NCBI RefSeq assembly: GCF_006345805.1
Contig: NC_042998.1
Location: forward strand, 33,294,001-33,358,000
Length of the DNA stretch: 64,000 bases
Reading direction: 5' to 3'
DNA from: Octopus sinensis
Lineage: Eukaryota
In this document: in pieces, positions 63,902 to 64,000 of the stretch
Layout: each line of letters opens with the position of its first letter
How positions within the stretch are numbered: the stretch's first letter is position 1
Program-made: the position numbers and the translations under genes
Notes under the pieces: generated by a model
Databases searched by the model: none
The model's input: the letters and a program-made list of their open reading frames with translations, nothing else
Told to the model about the DNA's origin: nothing

Positions 63902-64000
63902 CATTTGCAGATTCTATGAATAAAGTATTACTATTGGAGTAATTTCCCATTATTCAGCAGTTTTTTTTCCATAGTGTTTTGTCTTAATAACTGATGAGAA

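Overview
Repeat-saturated, AT-rich eukaryotic DNA, most likely from a cephalopod (Octopus-like). That assignment is an inference from the SINE families and the (TA/CA/AAT)n density. One host gene is visible: three phase-compatible coding exons of a CHST15/GalNAc4S-6ST-like sulfotransferase on the + strand (50258-50449, 55072-55405, 61934-62029), which runs off the window. The rest is transposon-derived: CR1-type LINEs (one very young, with an uninterrupted 898-codon frame), R4/Dong and Tx1-like 3' ends, a Penelope-like RT relic, Tc1/mariner relics and MITEs, hAT MITEs, Helitron-type elements, and several tRNA-derived SINE families. The standout signal is a ~400-550 bp palindromic retroposon present four times (24634-25622, 32112-32501, 45316-45856, 57075-57480). 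It consists of two divergent arms with the layout tRNA-like Pol III head + (AAT)n + minimal type-I hammerhead ribozyme, flanked by 11-15 bp target-site duplications. It looks like a non-autonomous, Penelope-mobilised 'SINE-retrozyme' inserted as head-to-head dimers. Family names come from motif recognition only; no database search was run.
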